DNA of 64,000 nt from Klebsormidium nitens (lineage: Eukaryota > Plantae > Klebsormidiophyceae): contig DF237353.1 of assembly GCA_000708835.1 (NCBI GenBank), positions 20,553 through 84,552 of the forward strand, written 5' to 3'. Shown here one piece after another: positions 11,501 to 24,395 of this stretch. Under the pieces are notes generated by a model. The model was not told the origin of the DNA, made no database searches, and saw nothing but the letters and a program-made list of their open reading frames with translations. A program made the position numbers and the translations under genes. Each line of letters begins with the position of its first letter. The stretch's first letter is position 1.

Positions 11501-14394
11501 GTGCACCCTTCTCAAAGTTCGAGGAGCGTTTGCCTCTGGACGATTGTCGATTGAATTCCGTTGTTCGTTGGAACCCGCTTTGTTGCCTATGGTAACCCAA
11601 CCGCGTTTCTTTCCCCTCGCAGCTTCCGCTTCATCCAGCGCATCATCGACATCTGGTCTCTCGAAGCCACTGAGACGTCCGCCATGACCGAGGCCGCCAA
11701 AGCCGCACTGAAAGCCCAGGATCTGCTTGACACCAACACGGACTACCCCTTCTCTAAGCCGGAAACCCTTACTGCTGCCAATAATATCTTTCCCCGAAGT
11801 CTTTTCGGCAAGGTGCGGGGAACCTCGAACGGCACACCTAACCAGCCTGAGGCGCTGTCGCGCGCCGCAAGCGAGGACTTGCAAGCGAGCGCCTCCGAGG
11901 TCGAGCGTACAAAGTCGGGTTTGTCGGTTGCCGAGCGGACGGAGTCGGGGGTGTCGGTTGCAGAAAGCGTCGAAAGTCTTTCGTCAGCGAAAAGTGGCGC
12001 GTCTGCGGGCGGCGTGGCGATTGCGTTGGTTGCGAGCGGGACCAAAAATGGTTATGGCGGGGGTTTGCAGCACGTTATGATTCCTGAGTCGGATCCGGTT
12101 GCGGGGCTCCCCCCTCCGGAGAAGCCGGGGGCGCCGCTCGTGGAGGGGCGCTTCCTGCCGAACATGTCCCCGCACTCGCACGTGCTGCAGCAACCGCACA
12201 TACGTGCGGTGAGAAAGTCTCCTCGCAGTCACCTTGTGATGGCCTTCTTCTCTTCCTCTCTTTAGATCTCGGTCCGATCCACCTTTTCAACGAGCTGACG
12301 CCATGACAAGTTCGAAAGCTCATCGACATCGTCTGGCAGCAGGTTAAGCTGTTGGTATCTGGTCAAAGGTCCAGCAAGTGAGCCTTACTAGAGACCTCTA
12401 AGTGATAATACAGTTTACTGCCAGGGGTTGATTTGAGCGAGGAGCTTGGTCTTGACCGGTAGTAACCTCCCGTTTCTTGGACACTTCTCGCTTCCGCAGT
12501 ACGTTTTCCAAAGGTGACGATCCAACTACGTCTGACCTTTCTTTCTGGTGCGCTGCAGCTAGCCGCGGCCTTGCCAGTCCGCTTCCGGTTGTCGCCCTGG
12601 GTGCTCTTGTATAGTACGTGGCGGGATGGCATCAGGTGAGCTTATGATTTCGCACCCATGACTTACGTAGCCGGCTTCTTGGTTCCAATTCCACGAAGCG
12701 CATCTTAGGTTCGGGGACTGAAGATTGAGCCGAGCTCTCAAACAACCTGTTCAGATCGTCTGCGGACACGTCTGCTAAGTCCCCTCGCATCATCAACCCC
12801 AGTCGTGCCTCTGACCTTGCAGCTTGCAAACCATGTACCGGAAAGCCGCCAAGAAGGGGCCCTGCGTCCTGGTCATCCTTGACACGAAACACAACGTGAG
12901 CACCATCCGATTCTCCCTTATTGCACCCATTGTCTTTCTGGTCTTACTGCAATCATCCTCTCTGATCATCTCGTCTCCTCATTGTCTCGCTGACACAACA
13001 TGACCGCAAGCATCATTGGTTGTCTGCAACTAAGAGCTAAGCACGTAAGGGTTGATCGACGTCAGAAAGTCATGATCAGTTCGGTCCAGGCTCAACCACA
13101 AAGAGGAGCGTGGTTAAGGTTGGGCAGGTCCCTGCACGAGGACTCCGCTTTACCTTTAAAACCTGCAATTTGCGCCCTGCAGGTGTTTGGTTGTCATACC
13201 TCGGAGAGCTGGAAAGTCCACCCGCGCTACTATGGCAGTGGGGAGAGTTTCGTCTTCCAGGTATGACCCTCTCTTTCCCAGTATCTCGTACTCGATGATA
13301 AGGAGGTACGCTTCCGCTCGGCCAGCTGATCGTCAACATGAAACAGAGCAGGACCTGGTATAGGGTCGAAAACTTTGCCGCCGCTTGTCCCCTGCCAGAC
13401 GCGCCAACTGGCCTGAACCGACGCGAAGGTCGGACGTTCTGAACACCGTCAGCGGACCTACTCTTAAGCCCAAAAACCAGCCTGAACCCCCATCTGTGCT
13501 TGTTTTCGGTCTCTGCAGCTTTACCCCGAGATGCGCATCTACCGATGGACGCGGGACAACAACTACATCATGTTTGGCACGCCGGACTCCATCCACATAG
13601 GCGGCGGGTGAGTGCTGACTTCGTCCGCTTTTATGGAAACCCGTGCCAATCTTTACTCGCTGGAAAGGCTGAAAGTGATGAGCTTGGCGTAAGCTTCCAA
13701 CTTTTGCGTACTTCAGTCGGACATGGGGTCAAAACCGACGTCCTTATTTCCATCGCCGGAGTGAGGCAGTCCAAAGCGACCAGCCGTTTCGTTTCCAATC
13801 TCGACAACGTTGCGCTGCTTCTTGAAGCTGCTCGGGTTTTTCTTTCGATGTCCCTGATTCGCAAAGGTCTAGCTGAGGAAATACGACCTCTTCGAACCGC
13901 CCTGACTAGCGTTTTCCGCCGCAGGAGCCACTTTGCGCTGTCGGTCAGGGGCGACCTCCTCAGCGGTTGCACGGGCGCCTGCGAAACGTTCGGCAACGGC
14001 CCACTAGTCAAGTAAGTTGCCGGCCCCGATTGAAGAGAAGTTTATTTGGCTTTTGCAAAAACTTGGTATCGAAAAATTCGTCCCTGTTTGCGTTCAAGCC
14101 TTTGCTGTTCCTGGACGGCAGTGTGTTTCCTGTGCCTGTCCGCTGAAAGTCGCAAGATCCGTATGACGGAATCCGGAGAGCGTCCGATCTTAAGAGTGGG
14201 CCCTCGGCTCCTTAAGGATCTCGAGGACTATCTCACAAATAGCTCTGTCGCTCTGAGCACCGTCTTGGGACCAGTCTGCGTGCTGCATAATGCGGAAGAT
14301 TCAGATCTGGAGGGTTCTTAACCACTGACTGGAAAGCCAATGCAGGCCTGAGGAGTACGGGATCCTGCACGTGGAGCTGTGGGGCTTTCAGTGA
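8594..14394 (+). CDS. TLDc-domain (OXR1/NCOA7-like oxidation resistance) protein with long acidic disordered N-terminus
   Basis: C-terminal exons 12559-12635 (LAAALPVRFRLSPWVLLYSTWRDGIS), 12823-12895 (LQTMYRKAAKKGPCVLVILDTKHN), 13181-13260 (VFGCHTSESWKVHPRYYGSGESFVFQ), 13519-13607, 13925-14011 and 14346-14394 (VELWGFQ*) form a complete TLDc domain. Upstream plus-strand ORFs 8594-9683, ~10030-10377, ~10770-10946 and ~11622-12208 are inferred to belong to the same gene. The middle exons and true start are uncertain. Confidence 0.8.
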
Positions 14395-16431
14395 CACCAC
14401 GGGGAGCTGCCGCCGTGTGCTGTCGTTGTGAAGCGCATTGACGAGGTAAGACAACACAGATCTGGTGGCATAGTCGCCTACTGTAGGATTCCGGGAGCTT
14501 TGGTGGTCATGAGCTTGCGTGCGGTCTGCTGGCCATGGTCTATATTGTCAAAAGGATTCTTGAGAGTCAACCGGACTGCGCCCCGAACGCCTGTGGAGTC
14601 GGCTCGGTATGGAGATCTCTCAGAACGCTTTTGACGTCGATCGAGCATGCTCCTTTTCCACCCGTTACAGGTTTGAGTCGGTGAGCACCGGAAGGTCCTC
14701 CGTTGTTTTCAGTACGCTCTCAGCTTGACGGCCCAGGGTGTTTCTTTGTTGCAGATTGGGGTTCGCCCTGTGTTCAGGGAGCAAGGTGCTACCGCGTCAG
14801 TACAACCTGAGGTCCAGAGCTTATCCAAAAGCACGCCTAAGTTGAGCACGCTGTAGGTCAAACGGATCCACCGGTTGTCAGCAGTCTGCTGGCCTCCGAC
14901 TCTACTTCACACCGGTTAGTGATGTCAGATTCGATCAGATCAAACTGACCATGCCCGATCCGTACCCGGATGTTGCACCAATACCTTGGAAGTACTTGAT
15001 CTGATTGTTTCTCGCATCTGAGTCCTGCCGAAGTCGAGGTCAAAAAGATGCACAGAAATTTTTCGCGGCGAGCTAAGTAGCTCGTTTCCGCCAATGAAGG
15101 CCGACACGACGGTCAAAGAGATTGCCAAGTTTGTGTGAAGCCCAAAATTGACTCAGGGATCCGACATGCCGCCCAATCAAGGTGTAAGTCCAGGCTTCTC
15201 TAACTCTTCTCGACTGTCCGAATAGAGCGCGGGCCTTGATACCAGGTCTCCGGGTGTATCCGGTTGGTGATGCAAGGCTGAACTCTTTCCCAACCAAGCC
15301 TGGTTTCAGCCATGAGCCGATGGAGTCGCGCGAGCTTGGATCATTCCTTCAAAAACACGAGGCATTGACTTGCTAGGTGCACGTGAATCATTTGACCATG
15401 CTCTGCTCTTGATATTACGCTCTGCTAGTAACTTACGTTTGCACATGAAAATATGAACCGTCCAAACTGCTTCCTGTGCACTTCACATGTGCTTGATTGC
15501 AGATGATTAATCATGCTCCCGCGTTTAGATGTGACATTCGGCACATGCATTCATGAATGATTCGGCCTGGCAACGCGTGCAATCTCCACAAGATATCTGG
15601 ATACGAACCGCGCGGCCGCGCCATATTGGATTCTCAATCATGCATGTGTCAGCGAGCCTGTCATCATGCATGAAATGCTCTCTAAAACTCACACACGTTT
15701 ATGACCGTCTCGTCGACGCGCCGCCCGATTCAATTTGTATAAGCGACCATGCAAGTGACTTCAAACGACAGACATCGTGGCTACTAGCTAGCCTGTGTGC
15801 AATCGGTTCCATCACATGTGCATGCGCAGGTCATCGTAAACTCAAGCTGGCGAACTCTAATGACCATTGTACGTGACACATAATACGGTACTAAAGGTGC
15901 ATATAAACAGCACGCTTCGTCAAGATCACGAATCGAGCTGTTGCATGATCAATAACGCGTCATGTTTTCAAGAAGGGCGCTGGCGCAAGAACAACATGTA
16001 AATACTTGCTTGTACTTGAAGCTAAGAGGATAAAAGTGACGTCTGCCATGCAATCTTAATTGAATGATGTACCGTTAATCTCCGCAATGAAGCTTGGATA
16101 TGTTGATCTACTTCACGAAGTTCCTGTCTGTCTTGACCTTTATGAATAGCTGGTCTATAGTGGTCTTTACAAGGAGAGACTGCCATCAATCTACGAGATT
16201 CAAGGCGGCTTGGCGGCTGTGATACGACAGTGTTGCCCGGGTTTCGACAAGCTCAAAAGTTTATCGTCCTGTGCCAACTTGCGTAAACATCCGTTCAGAG
16301 GCACCCAGCCAACGACTTGAAGTCCAGCTATTATTCTTTCCTGTTCTGAAATGTATCAGCACTTCGTCCTACAACGAACGAACGAAAGCGGCCTCTGATT
16401 TCCTGATCGTGTCACCATTCTGCGTATCAGC

Positions 16432-17752
16432 TTAGTCAATCTGGACGTCAATCACCTTCGGCTGCGGTGGCTTTTCCTTTGGCACGGTCACAGTGAGCAC
16501 GCCTGCAAACACAAATCCCCCATCAGAATTCCACAGTGTACCAGGAAACTCGCTGCGAGGTTAACTCTGGGCAGAGGTTCCTCTCAGGCATCTTTTAAGA
16601 TTCCAGGTTTGACAATTCTGAAGTCGCTCTTAGAATGAGCATCGTGAATATGAGCATCACACCCCTGTCCTTGAAAACCTTGGGCCGTGCAATGGCAGCC
16701 CGCTTCTATTCGAGCCTGATCTTAGAAGCCTGAATTTGAACAACTTTGGCGAAGAGAGGTCACTTACCGTCTTTGACTGCTGCGCTGATCTTCTCTCCCT
16801 TGGCATTTTCGGGCAGCCGGAAGCGTCTCTGGAATTTGCCTCGTCCTCTCTCCTGCCTGCACACCACATAAAGCAATCTTCAGTAATTTCTAAAGTTTAC
16901 TTCGTCCTGAACAAGCTCGGATCGTGTGAAAACAGAAGAGGTAGACGTCTTCTTAAAAAATTGCTTCCGAAGAAGAATGACGTTCCATCATTCATTTGAA
17001 AAGGGGATGATGTGGGTGAAGTGACAAACTTCCTATGCAGGACGCAGCAAAAGTGTGGTCAACGTCTTGAGATATTGCCAATGCAATTTCTCAGTTGCCT
17101 ACTTATGGCAGTCGAGCTGGATGATTTGGCAGCTCGAGCTCCAAATGAAGGATTACTGACAACTCAACCCTTCTTGACCAAGCTATTCCTTTGAAATTTT
17201 CGAGTTGCTGATTGCACAAAGTTCCCACTCCTTATTAGAACAGGAGAAAAAACAAATCAAAAGTCACTGACTTTTGGGCACGGAGCTCAGACCCAGTGCT
17301 TTAATTACTGTAGACACTTCTACTCTACCACAGGACTGTGGAAGAAAGAGCTACTCGTTGAGTCAATGCGCATTCGGACCTTACAACCTCAGGATTGCTC
17401 AATGAACTTCAGACTTGCAAGCCACCAGGTGCACTCACCTGTGATAGTTCTTCTTCTGATCGTGCTGCCGCTCTCCGCTGATGTTCAAGGTCTTGCCGTC
17501 GTCCTCCAATTGCACCTTGACGTCACCCTTTGTCAGCCCAGGGAGGTCCGCCTCAAAAACGTATGCAGTCTCGTTTTCGTGCACATCCACCGGTGCTCTG
17601 GTGAAGGCAGAGGGCCTTCTGGCACCCTCCCTGCCCCTGCCCTGAGCTGGAGTCAGAGATGAATCTACAAGCGTGCTGAAGTTGTCCAGAATGTTGAACG
17701 GGTCCGCTGAGCCGAGCCAGGGGTCATCGAAGAGGGAGGCAGAAAGTGCCAT
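16432..17752 (-). CDS. HSP20: Small heat-shock protein (HSP20/alpha-crystallin domain), cytosolic class-I-like, 3 exons
   Basis: Exon 1 17752-~17439 (PVDVHENETAYVFEADLPGLTKGDVKVQLED...LNISGER), exon 2 ~16858-16771 (ERGRGKFQRRFRLPENAK), exon 3 ~16502-16432 (GVLTVTVPKEKPPQPKVIDVQID*). Confidence 0.95.
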
Positions 17753-18049
17753 CTTCTGCGCTGAGCTGGGAAGCCACAAGCTGACCCCAAGCTGATAGCT
17801 GATTGAGGGTGCCGGAAAGATTAACGCGGTTGCAAGTCGTTTCGGCTAGCTGTGTGCGTGAATATGAAGTTTTGATGTGTGCGTTTTTGCTGCAGAATGA
17901 CGCTCAAATGCGAGATTGATGCGTTTTAAGAATCCTGAACTGAGTCTGAGAGCTAGCGAGGGGGAAAGACGCACATGTGCAGAGCTTACAGTCTGCTAAC
18001 ATGTTTGCCCAATGATTAGCATGTTCGCACACTTAAGTTCGGTCTCTCT

Positions 18050-18163
18050 GGAACATTCTCGAAACGCGTTTCGAACCGCCGATATACAACTTCTACTCAC
18101 TGCACTGCTATCGGACGACACAGAAGATTCTAGAAAACCTGTCGGCGCCGAAGCTTCTCGACA
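18050..18163. promoter_or_regulatory. Three heat-shock elements (nGAAn inverted arrays) upstream of HSP20
   Basis: gGAAcaTTCtcGAAa (18050-18064) and aGAAgaTTCtaGAAa (18122-18136) are perfect 3-unit HSEs. cGAAgcTTCtcGAc (18149-18162) is near-perfect. They lie about 300-410 bp upstream of the HSP20 ATG. Confidence 0.88.
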
Positions 18164-18720
18164 TATCGATCGGCAACCGTCCGTTAAGATGCTGCTTTCA
18201 TCGACGGTCGAGATGCGGCGGCACTAGTCAGAGTCCGTAAGTCGTGTCGGAGTGTGAGGAGTGACTGGAGGGCGCACCGGATACGAACGGTAGCCAGTGA
18301 AGCTTTCGCTCAGGCTGAAGGGTTTAAGGACTGCTGGCTTTCATCCGTCAGATTGTCAACACATCATTGGGGCTTGGCGTCTTACCAGTTAGTACGGTGG
18401 GTTGAGTCAGGTTGAGAAGAAGTTAAAGGCGCGCACGCACCTTAGCACCTGGATATTTCGATGTCATGATCATCAGCACGTCTTTTGCCGACAGTGGCAA
18501 GGAGGAAACCGTACCCTGTCTCAATCAGAACGGCCGTTTGAAAATTAAGAGAACCAGAAAAGGCGAGCTAGCAGTCGACTGCTCGTACTGAATGAGGCGT
18601 GACCCACTTCTTATCGAATTCACAGAGTCTAGGGACAAACGCCTCTAGCTGTGCAAACTACGTCGCTTTTTCTGTGCACCTGCCAGTGTTTCATGGAGCA
18701 GTTGATCATTTCCGATCTCA

Positions 18721-20250
18721 ATCAGGCTTCACGATCAGATCATTTCAAACTTCAATCTGGACGAAAAGTACGACTTGGCACTTCAACGATATTTCGAAGT
18801 AGACTCATCAAAGCTGACCTTTTTGCTTGGCGAGTCGCTGAGCCGTTTGACTCTGACTCTTGCCATCTTGATCACTTTCGTCTAGAGCCCCATCTCATGA
18901 CCTTATCTCACCCAGTCCCAGAGGAACGCACGTGGGTCTTAAAACGGTGCCAGCATGACCGAGCAAGTCTCTTTGATTGCCAATCTTGTCGGTTGTCTGT
19001 CATATGCAACGAAGATTGTTTAGCACTGCCTTTCTCGCTTCAGTTATTGGCGGTGTAGAAACATCGTCGGAAGCGTCGACCGAAGCGTAATCGAAGAGCT
19101 TTTTAGTATTATAATGCAATTTATGTGGCACCACTTTTGACGTGTGTGCTTCGAGGGCTTTAGCAAATGACTTGTTACACACTTGTCAAAATGGTGAGCT
19201 GCAGGCTATGACAAACCCTCTGCCGTGGTTATAAAGTGACTCGACCGCTCGATATCATCGGATCAAGCGCTCTTGAAGCGGATATCAGGGTACGTTTGTC
19301 ATGGGCTTGAATTTATACTATTCCACGAGGTCTGCATGAGTCTCGGGTCAAGTTTCCGGCAGCTTCAAAGCGCGTACGTCTTTATGAACACTGGCTGACC
19401 GGTTTTGCGCCGCAAAGAGATTCTAATGTGTACTGCAGTAGCTGAGTCCTGATGTGATGAACGTTGCTTGTCTCTAGTACGGCAAGTATCTCTTCTGGCG
19501 CGGCACATCGAACCGTCCTCTGTGCTGAGTCAGGTAAAGCAGAAGTTCCAGAGACTCAGAATGACTCGGCCCCGTTGAACCATGCGCTCTTTACCACGGC
19601 GCTGTGCGGATTGAAAAATCTGATCCGTGGGCATCTGTGAAACTGTCCACCGTAGCGAACTTCGTCGCTGAACTTTCGCATGGCCTGTAATCATTTCGGA
19701 TGCCCTTGATCCAGAAATTGCTCGGATGGATGTCTAGCTGAATGTGGACATAAGATCCCGGCCCAGACCTCGACTAGCTCCCCTACATGCCTCCGCTTGC
19801 TACTCTGAGTCCCTGCACTTGGACCAGCAGTACTGCCGCATCGGTCACCTACACGAGGGTGAATGAGCTACCAGTTTTTTGCATGCCAGTTTAGCATCGT
19901 TGAGTGGGTGGCGAAGTTCGTCAAAAGTCAGAACGATGTTGGGCCAATCTGTGCAAGGATTGCTTCCGAACTGATTCTCATGCCACGAGGAAACCAGTGG
20001 TATCTACGACCAACACCTTCTAAGGCACTCCTCTAATATGATAATATGTATGAGGCGCCCCGCTTCCATCTTCAGTTCTTCAATTTCCGGCAGCAATACT
20101 ACTACCTACTGTAGGCACAGTACCAGGGGACTGACCCAGAGCACACGAAGCCAGTCAATCGGAGCCGGAAAGCCCAACCTCTGAGCCTTGGAGAGACCTC
20201 CGAAGACAGAGAAGACGGTCGTTTCCCAACAGTATCCTTGGACAAAGCAG
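18721..20250 (+). pseudogene. Probable decayed multi-exon pseudogene of an unidentified protein
   Basis: Several protein-like segments are bounded by splice-like sites: 18721-18830 (HDQIISNFNLDEKYDLALQRYFEVDSSKLTFLLG), 19045-19289 (YWRCRNIVGSVDRSVIEELFSIIMQFMWHHF*RVCFEGFSK*LVTHLSKW*AAGYDKPSAVVIK*LDRS...), ~19442-19533 (LSPDVMNVACL*YGKYLFWRG) and ~20076-20250 (FFNFRQQYYYLL*AQYQG). The stops are TGA/TAG. No family recognised. Confidence 0.4.
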
Positions 20251-20785
20251 TTGTTGGTCCAAGGACTACCACGTGGCTTTCCCCCAAGTCGTTACAACAT
20301 TGAACACACGCTTACTTCCCAAGGTTGACGAAAATCTTTGTGTGCGGACTCAATCGCGGCCGTTGCCTCCGACCAGCAGTTGAACCACGATCGTCGATGC
20401 TAACAACCTGAGGGCCGACAAGATCTGCTGACGCCATGAGGGTCCAAAATTGAGCTCTTGCAATCATGCATATGCCATGTGGCAGCTTTTCGGCGTCTCA
20501 AAAAGCTCTCTGCTCACGAATCTGGTAGGACTAGTAGTAGAAGTTGGACTGGGCGCTGTGACTCGCGTTGCGTTGTAGTTTGATATTGTAGCTGCTGCAC
20601 CAGTGCTGGTGCCAGCTCCTCTCTGCTCTTCACTCGCTCATCACTCCAGTCTCTCTCACTCTCCACTTTTGTGATAGAAGGCAAGGCCGCAGCATCGCAG
20701 GCATTCTCGTGTAACCAAGGCCTTTTCATTGTCAGCTAGCTGTGGATCGCAACCGCAAGCTTCCGTGAGAAGAAACAGACACAAG

Positions 20786-23090
20786 ATGGCGCTTCTGGAG
20801 CAGAAAGAAGCTCTGGTGCAGAGGCTGCTGGCTGCCAAGGCCAAGTCTGGTGAGTCTATTCGTTGCATGCAGTGCCTTCATTGGAGCGCTTCTCTCTGCG
20901 TAGTGCAGCTGATCCAGGGTAGCTTGTCAACTGTTGACGTTCAATGCAATCCACATTGTGTTCGCAACATATGCAACTCAAGCAGGAGCTCTAACTCAAA
21001 GCCAAGCGCTGAATGGCACAATGCTGCAAGTAACGCTGACAATATCCTGCAATGCACACACAGTGGTTGTCTGAATGAGTCCCAGGAATCTGCACTCTTC
21101 TGCTCTTGATGATCTCTTACCTGCTTTCAGGGAAGACGTATGATCAGATTGCGAAGGAGGTTGGGCTGACAAATGCATACACTGCGCAGCTCTTCTTCAA
21201 CCAGGTAGGCCAGGCACTGTCTCACATGCACGAACCAGCTCGTTTCTGAGCTCTGAATCGGAACCCTCTGTTGTTGTGCTTCCTTTAACCTCATGCGCTT
21301 TGCTGTGAAGTGCTGGTGAGTTACAGTATGAATGCAGCATCGTTGCGTTCTCTCTTAGCTCAGGATCTCGTGCATTGCAACACTTCCTTGCCGCTGGTTG
21401 TAGGGTAGGTCTAAATGATTGCTGATGAATGCAGTGTGGTGGCTTTCCGGGCTTTTGTATTCAGGACCAGATTGTTGAGACGAAGTCGGAGTGATTTCTC
21501 GTGATTGTTTGGCGCTCGAACCTCAGAGTCATATACCGCAAGAATGTGGTCAACTGGGATCTGCACTTCTTTGAAATGGTCTTTTTGGAGGATGCCCCCA
21601 TGTGATTTGACCACAATATCTTGATTCAAAGGACAACCGATTCTGACCTGCCCAGTATAGACAAGTGCTTCTTCTAGTGTGGTGATGAACGTGTTGCTCT
21701 TTCCTCAGGCTCAACTGAAATCCGACACCGCACCCAAGCTCAAAGCAGCAGTACCAGACCTCAGCGATGCTGATGCCGAGGAGATGAAGAAGGAACCCAT
21801 GAGGTCCTTCGACCCGACCATCATCCAAGAGCCACGTGAGTAACTCGCTGTTTGGTGGATTTGATAACACGCCCCCACCAATACGATGATGCAAGACATT
21901 TCAAAGATGCTCAGCAGAATACAGCAAAAGCAAGTAGAGGTATATGAGCTGAGCGATTATGAAGCTGACTTGGGCTCCCTCCGCCCGCCACTGCTCAGCC
22001 TATCCGAGGCGCACTAGCAGTGCCTGCTTTGGCTAGAGACAGAACATATCTTGACACTTAATGATTATTTCGCATTGCCAAATATAGACGGACTTTTAGT
22101 CAAGGAGTTAATTGGGCACAGCTTCCTGTCCCTTCATTGGTGGCGGGTTGGTTCACTTGCTTGTAGTGATCTGCTTGTCTGCACCTTTCAAAGAGCGTCT
22201 GAAGAGAAAACTCTGATTGACTCCCTTGACCAGACAGCCAGAGGTTTGTTGCATTTTCCCTTGATTGGGCTCCGACTCTGGTCACCTTACTCTTTAATGC
22301 GACCCTCAGATGCAGTGAGTTCGATTATCCTGTGGCTGCTGATTTTAAGGAACCTGTTATGGCCTGCCGTTTGGCCTGCCTTTCGAGGATTGCGTACTTG
22401 CCGGGCCCTTGAAAATGCATCCTTCTAGCTATTGCGTCTGGAAGCCTTTTCACACGTGGGCTTCTTGTGTGCAGTCATCTACCGTCTGAACGAGGCCGTG
22501 ATGCACTATGGGAGGGCCATTAAGGACATCGTGAACGAGCAACAGGGCGACGGCATGTAAGAGCTTGCACAGCTACCCAGCCTTGATGCCTTGATTGCCG
22601 ATGAATTTGTTTTCTTGTCCACTGTAGTGCATTTCAGACAGTTTGAAGTAAGCCTTCAATTGAGCTCTGCAAGCCCAAGTCGAGGGAGGAGCCAGCACAA
22701 GACCGTGTTGCTTGACGCTGGTGTGAACAGCTTCTTTGGAGATCAATCGTTTGAGCTGGCAAAACCTGACGGCAACCATGTCAGCACATACGCCTCTGCA
22801 CACCTGGCTGCGCCAAAGTTAGTCTGGGCTCTGTAGAAACACCCACTGAGGACGCAAAATCGTTGAATCAAACAGCTCGTTCTACAGAATTGCGAGAACG
22901 TGAACGAGGTACTGATGGGGGTGACTGACTGGCTGTACCTTGCAGTATGTCTGCCATCGGCTTCTTCATGACGGTCGAGAAAGTCAAGGGCAAGGAGGGG
23001 GAGCCACGTGTCAAGATCGTATTCAACGGCAAGTTCCTGCCCCACGTCGAACAAAAGGTCGAAGACAACGTCATGGAGCCGGTGCAGTAG
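20786..23090 (+). CDS. CYN: Cyanate hydratase (cyanase), 5 exons
   Basis: Exons 20786-20849, 21131-21204, 21709-21835, 22475-22556 and 22946-23090 give [50 protein letters not shown]...[12 protein letters not shown]...GDGIMSAIGF...FNGKFLPH. The catalytic R, E (YRLNE) and S (IMSAI) equivalents are present. Confidence 0.96.
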
Positions 23091-24395
23091 CTCGTAGCAG
23101 GCCATAGATCAAATAATGGGCCGGAGGCACATGTCAGCGGATGGCATCTGAACGTCGCACGCAGTCAAGTCGTAGTCTATAAATTTTGCAGGTTTGTCAA
23201 CAGATTTTGCGCTAGGTTCAATCTCAAAGTGGTAAAGTGGCAGCTTAGCTGGTGGTTCTATGCGATGGCACCGGGATCGACCTGACAGAGAGTTTTCCAT
23301 GCAACAATATAAAAGGAAAATCAGGAGGATAGGAGCCACAGAATACTTGCACGGCATGCAGATTACCATCGCCAGGCTCATTGATCAAGACCAAATGTAC
23401 AAGGTTGGCGAAGCTGGCGAAGCTTTAAAAGGAATCACAGCTGTTTTTTCGCAGAGCACTCTCTATTTGGCAACTATATCAGAATCCTCATGACTCATCG
23501 AATCCGACACGGTATCTGCTGACGTCCGGAGGTAGCTTCTACGGCCTCCGAGTTGGAAGCAGGCCCGGTCGCGACTTTTCCAACAGCGCCATATATGTGT
23601 GACTGGACGAATGACATGTGACATCTTTACTAGCTCCACTTTTTAGAAAAGCTAGTGAACATACGTTGCTCTTGTCCGTTCATATGTGCGTGTGCACATG
23701 AGTGTTCATCGAATACATTCGTTTCCAGCCAACTATTCGCGATAAACAAACTGAGTATTTGTATACCCGTTTAGAAAGCTAAGTAAACGTAAGTGAACAG
23801 CGCAAAATTGTAAGGTCTAGAAAATGCATGAAAATGCATGCATGCGTTTTCACATCCGCATTTTTGAGCCGCATGCGCAAACATTGGCAGCAATATCACA
23901 TCTGATCCATTCTACCGATGCAGCCAGTACCAAAGAAACATGCAACGTTGGCAAGCCAATTCAAAGCTTATCTTCAAAGAGTTTCGAAGTAATTGAGGAC
24001 ACAAGCAAGGTTACTCACGCATCGTGAAAATCGAAACGTTTTTTCACTTTTGGAAATCGACTTTTCAAGCAATGATGCTTTGACATGCAAGAGTCCTAGA
24101 GTCTATTTGTTGCAAAATCGTGCCGGTAATAAGTGTTCAGCCGACACCAGGTTCAAGAAGCCGGCCACTTCACAATCTATGCAGGACGCACTTATCCAGG
24201 CGAAGGCAAACTGTACAAGTTTGGGCAGATAACATCTGATCTACGGGAAATTTCAGCCAAGCCAATTATTAAGTTGTGGAACGACAAAATTGCATCTAGA
24301 TTTGCCTCTAGACTTGCCTCGCTTGCGCTAGCTTATGCACGGCCAAAACTTTGTTTGGTCTTTACTCTGCACGTATCAAACTTCACCGACTCAAT

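Noticed and set aside
19045-19289. UGA recoding (Sec/Trp) to explain four in-frame TGA codons
   Set aside because: TGA is a normal stop in neighbouring genes, no SECIS was seen, and adjacent segments have TAG stops. CpG decay is simpler.
19448-19534. Box C/D snoRNA-like layout (CCTGA stem, GTGATGA, CTGA, TCAGG)
   Set aside because: No recognisable C'/D' boxes, no rRNA-antisense guide that I could identify, and it coincides with a splice-bounded segment of the putative pseudogene. A snoscan or Infernal search would settle it.
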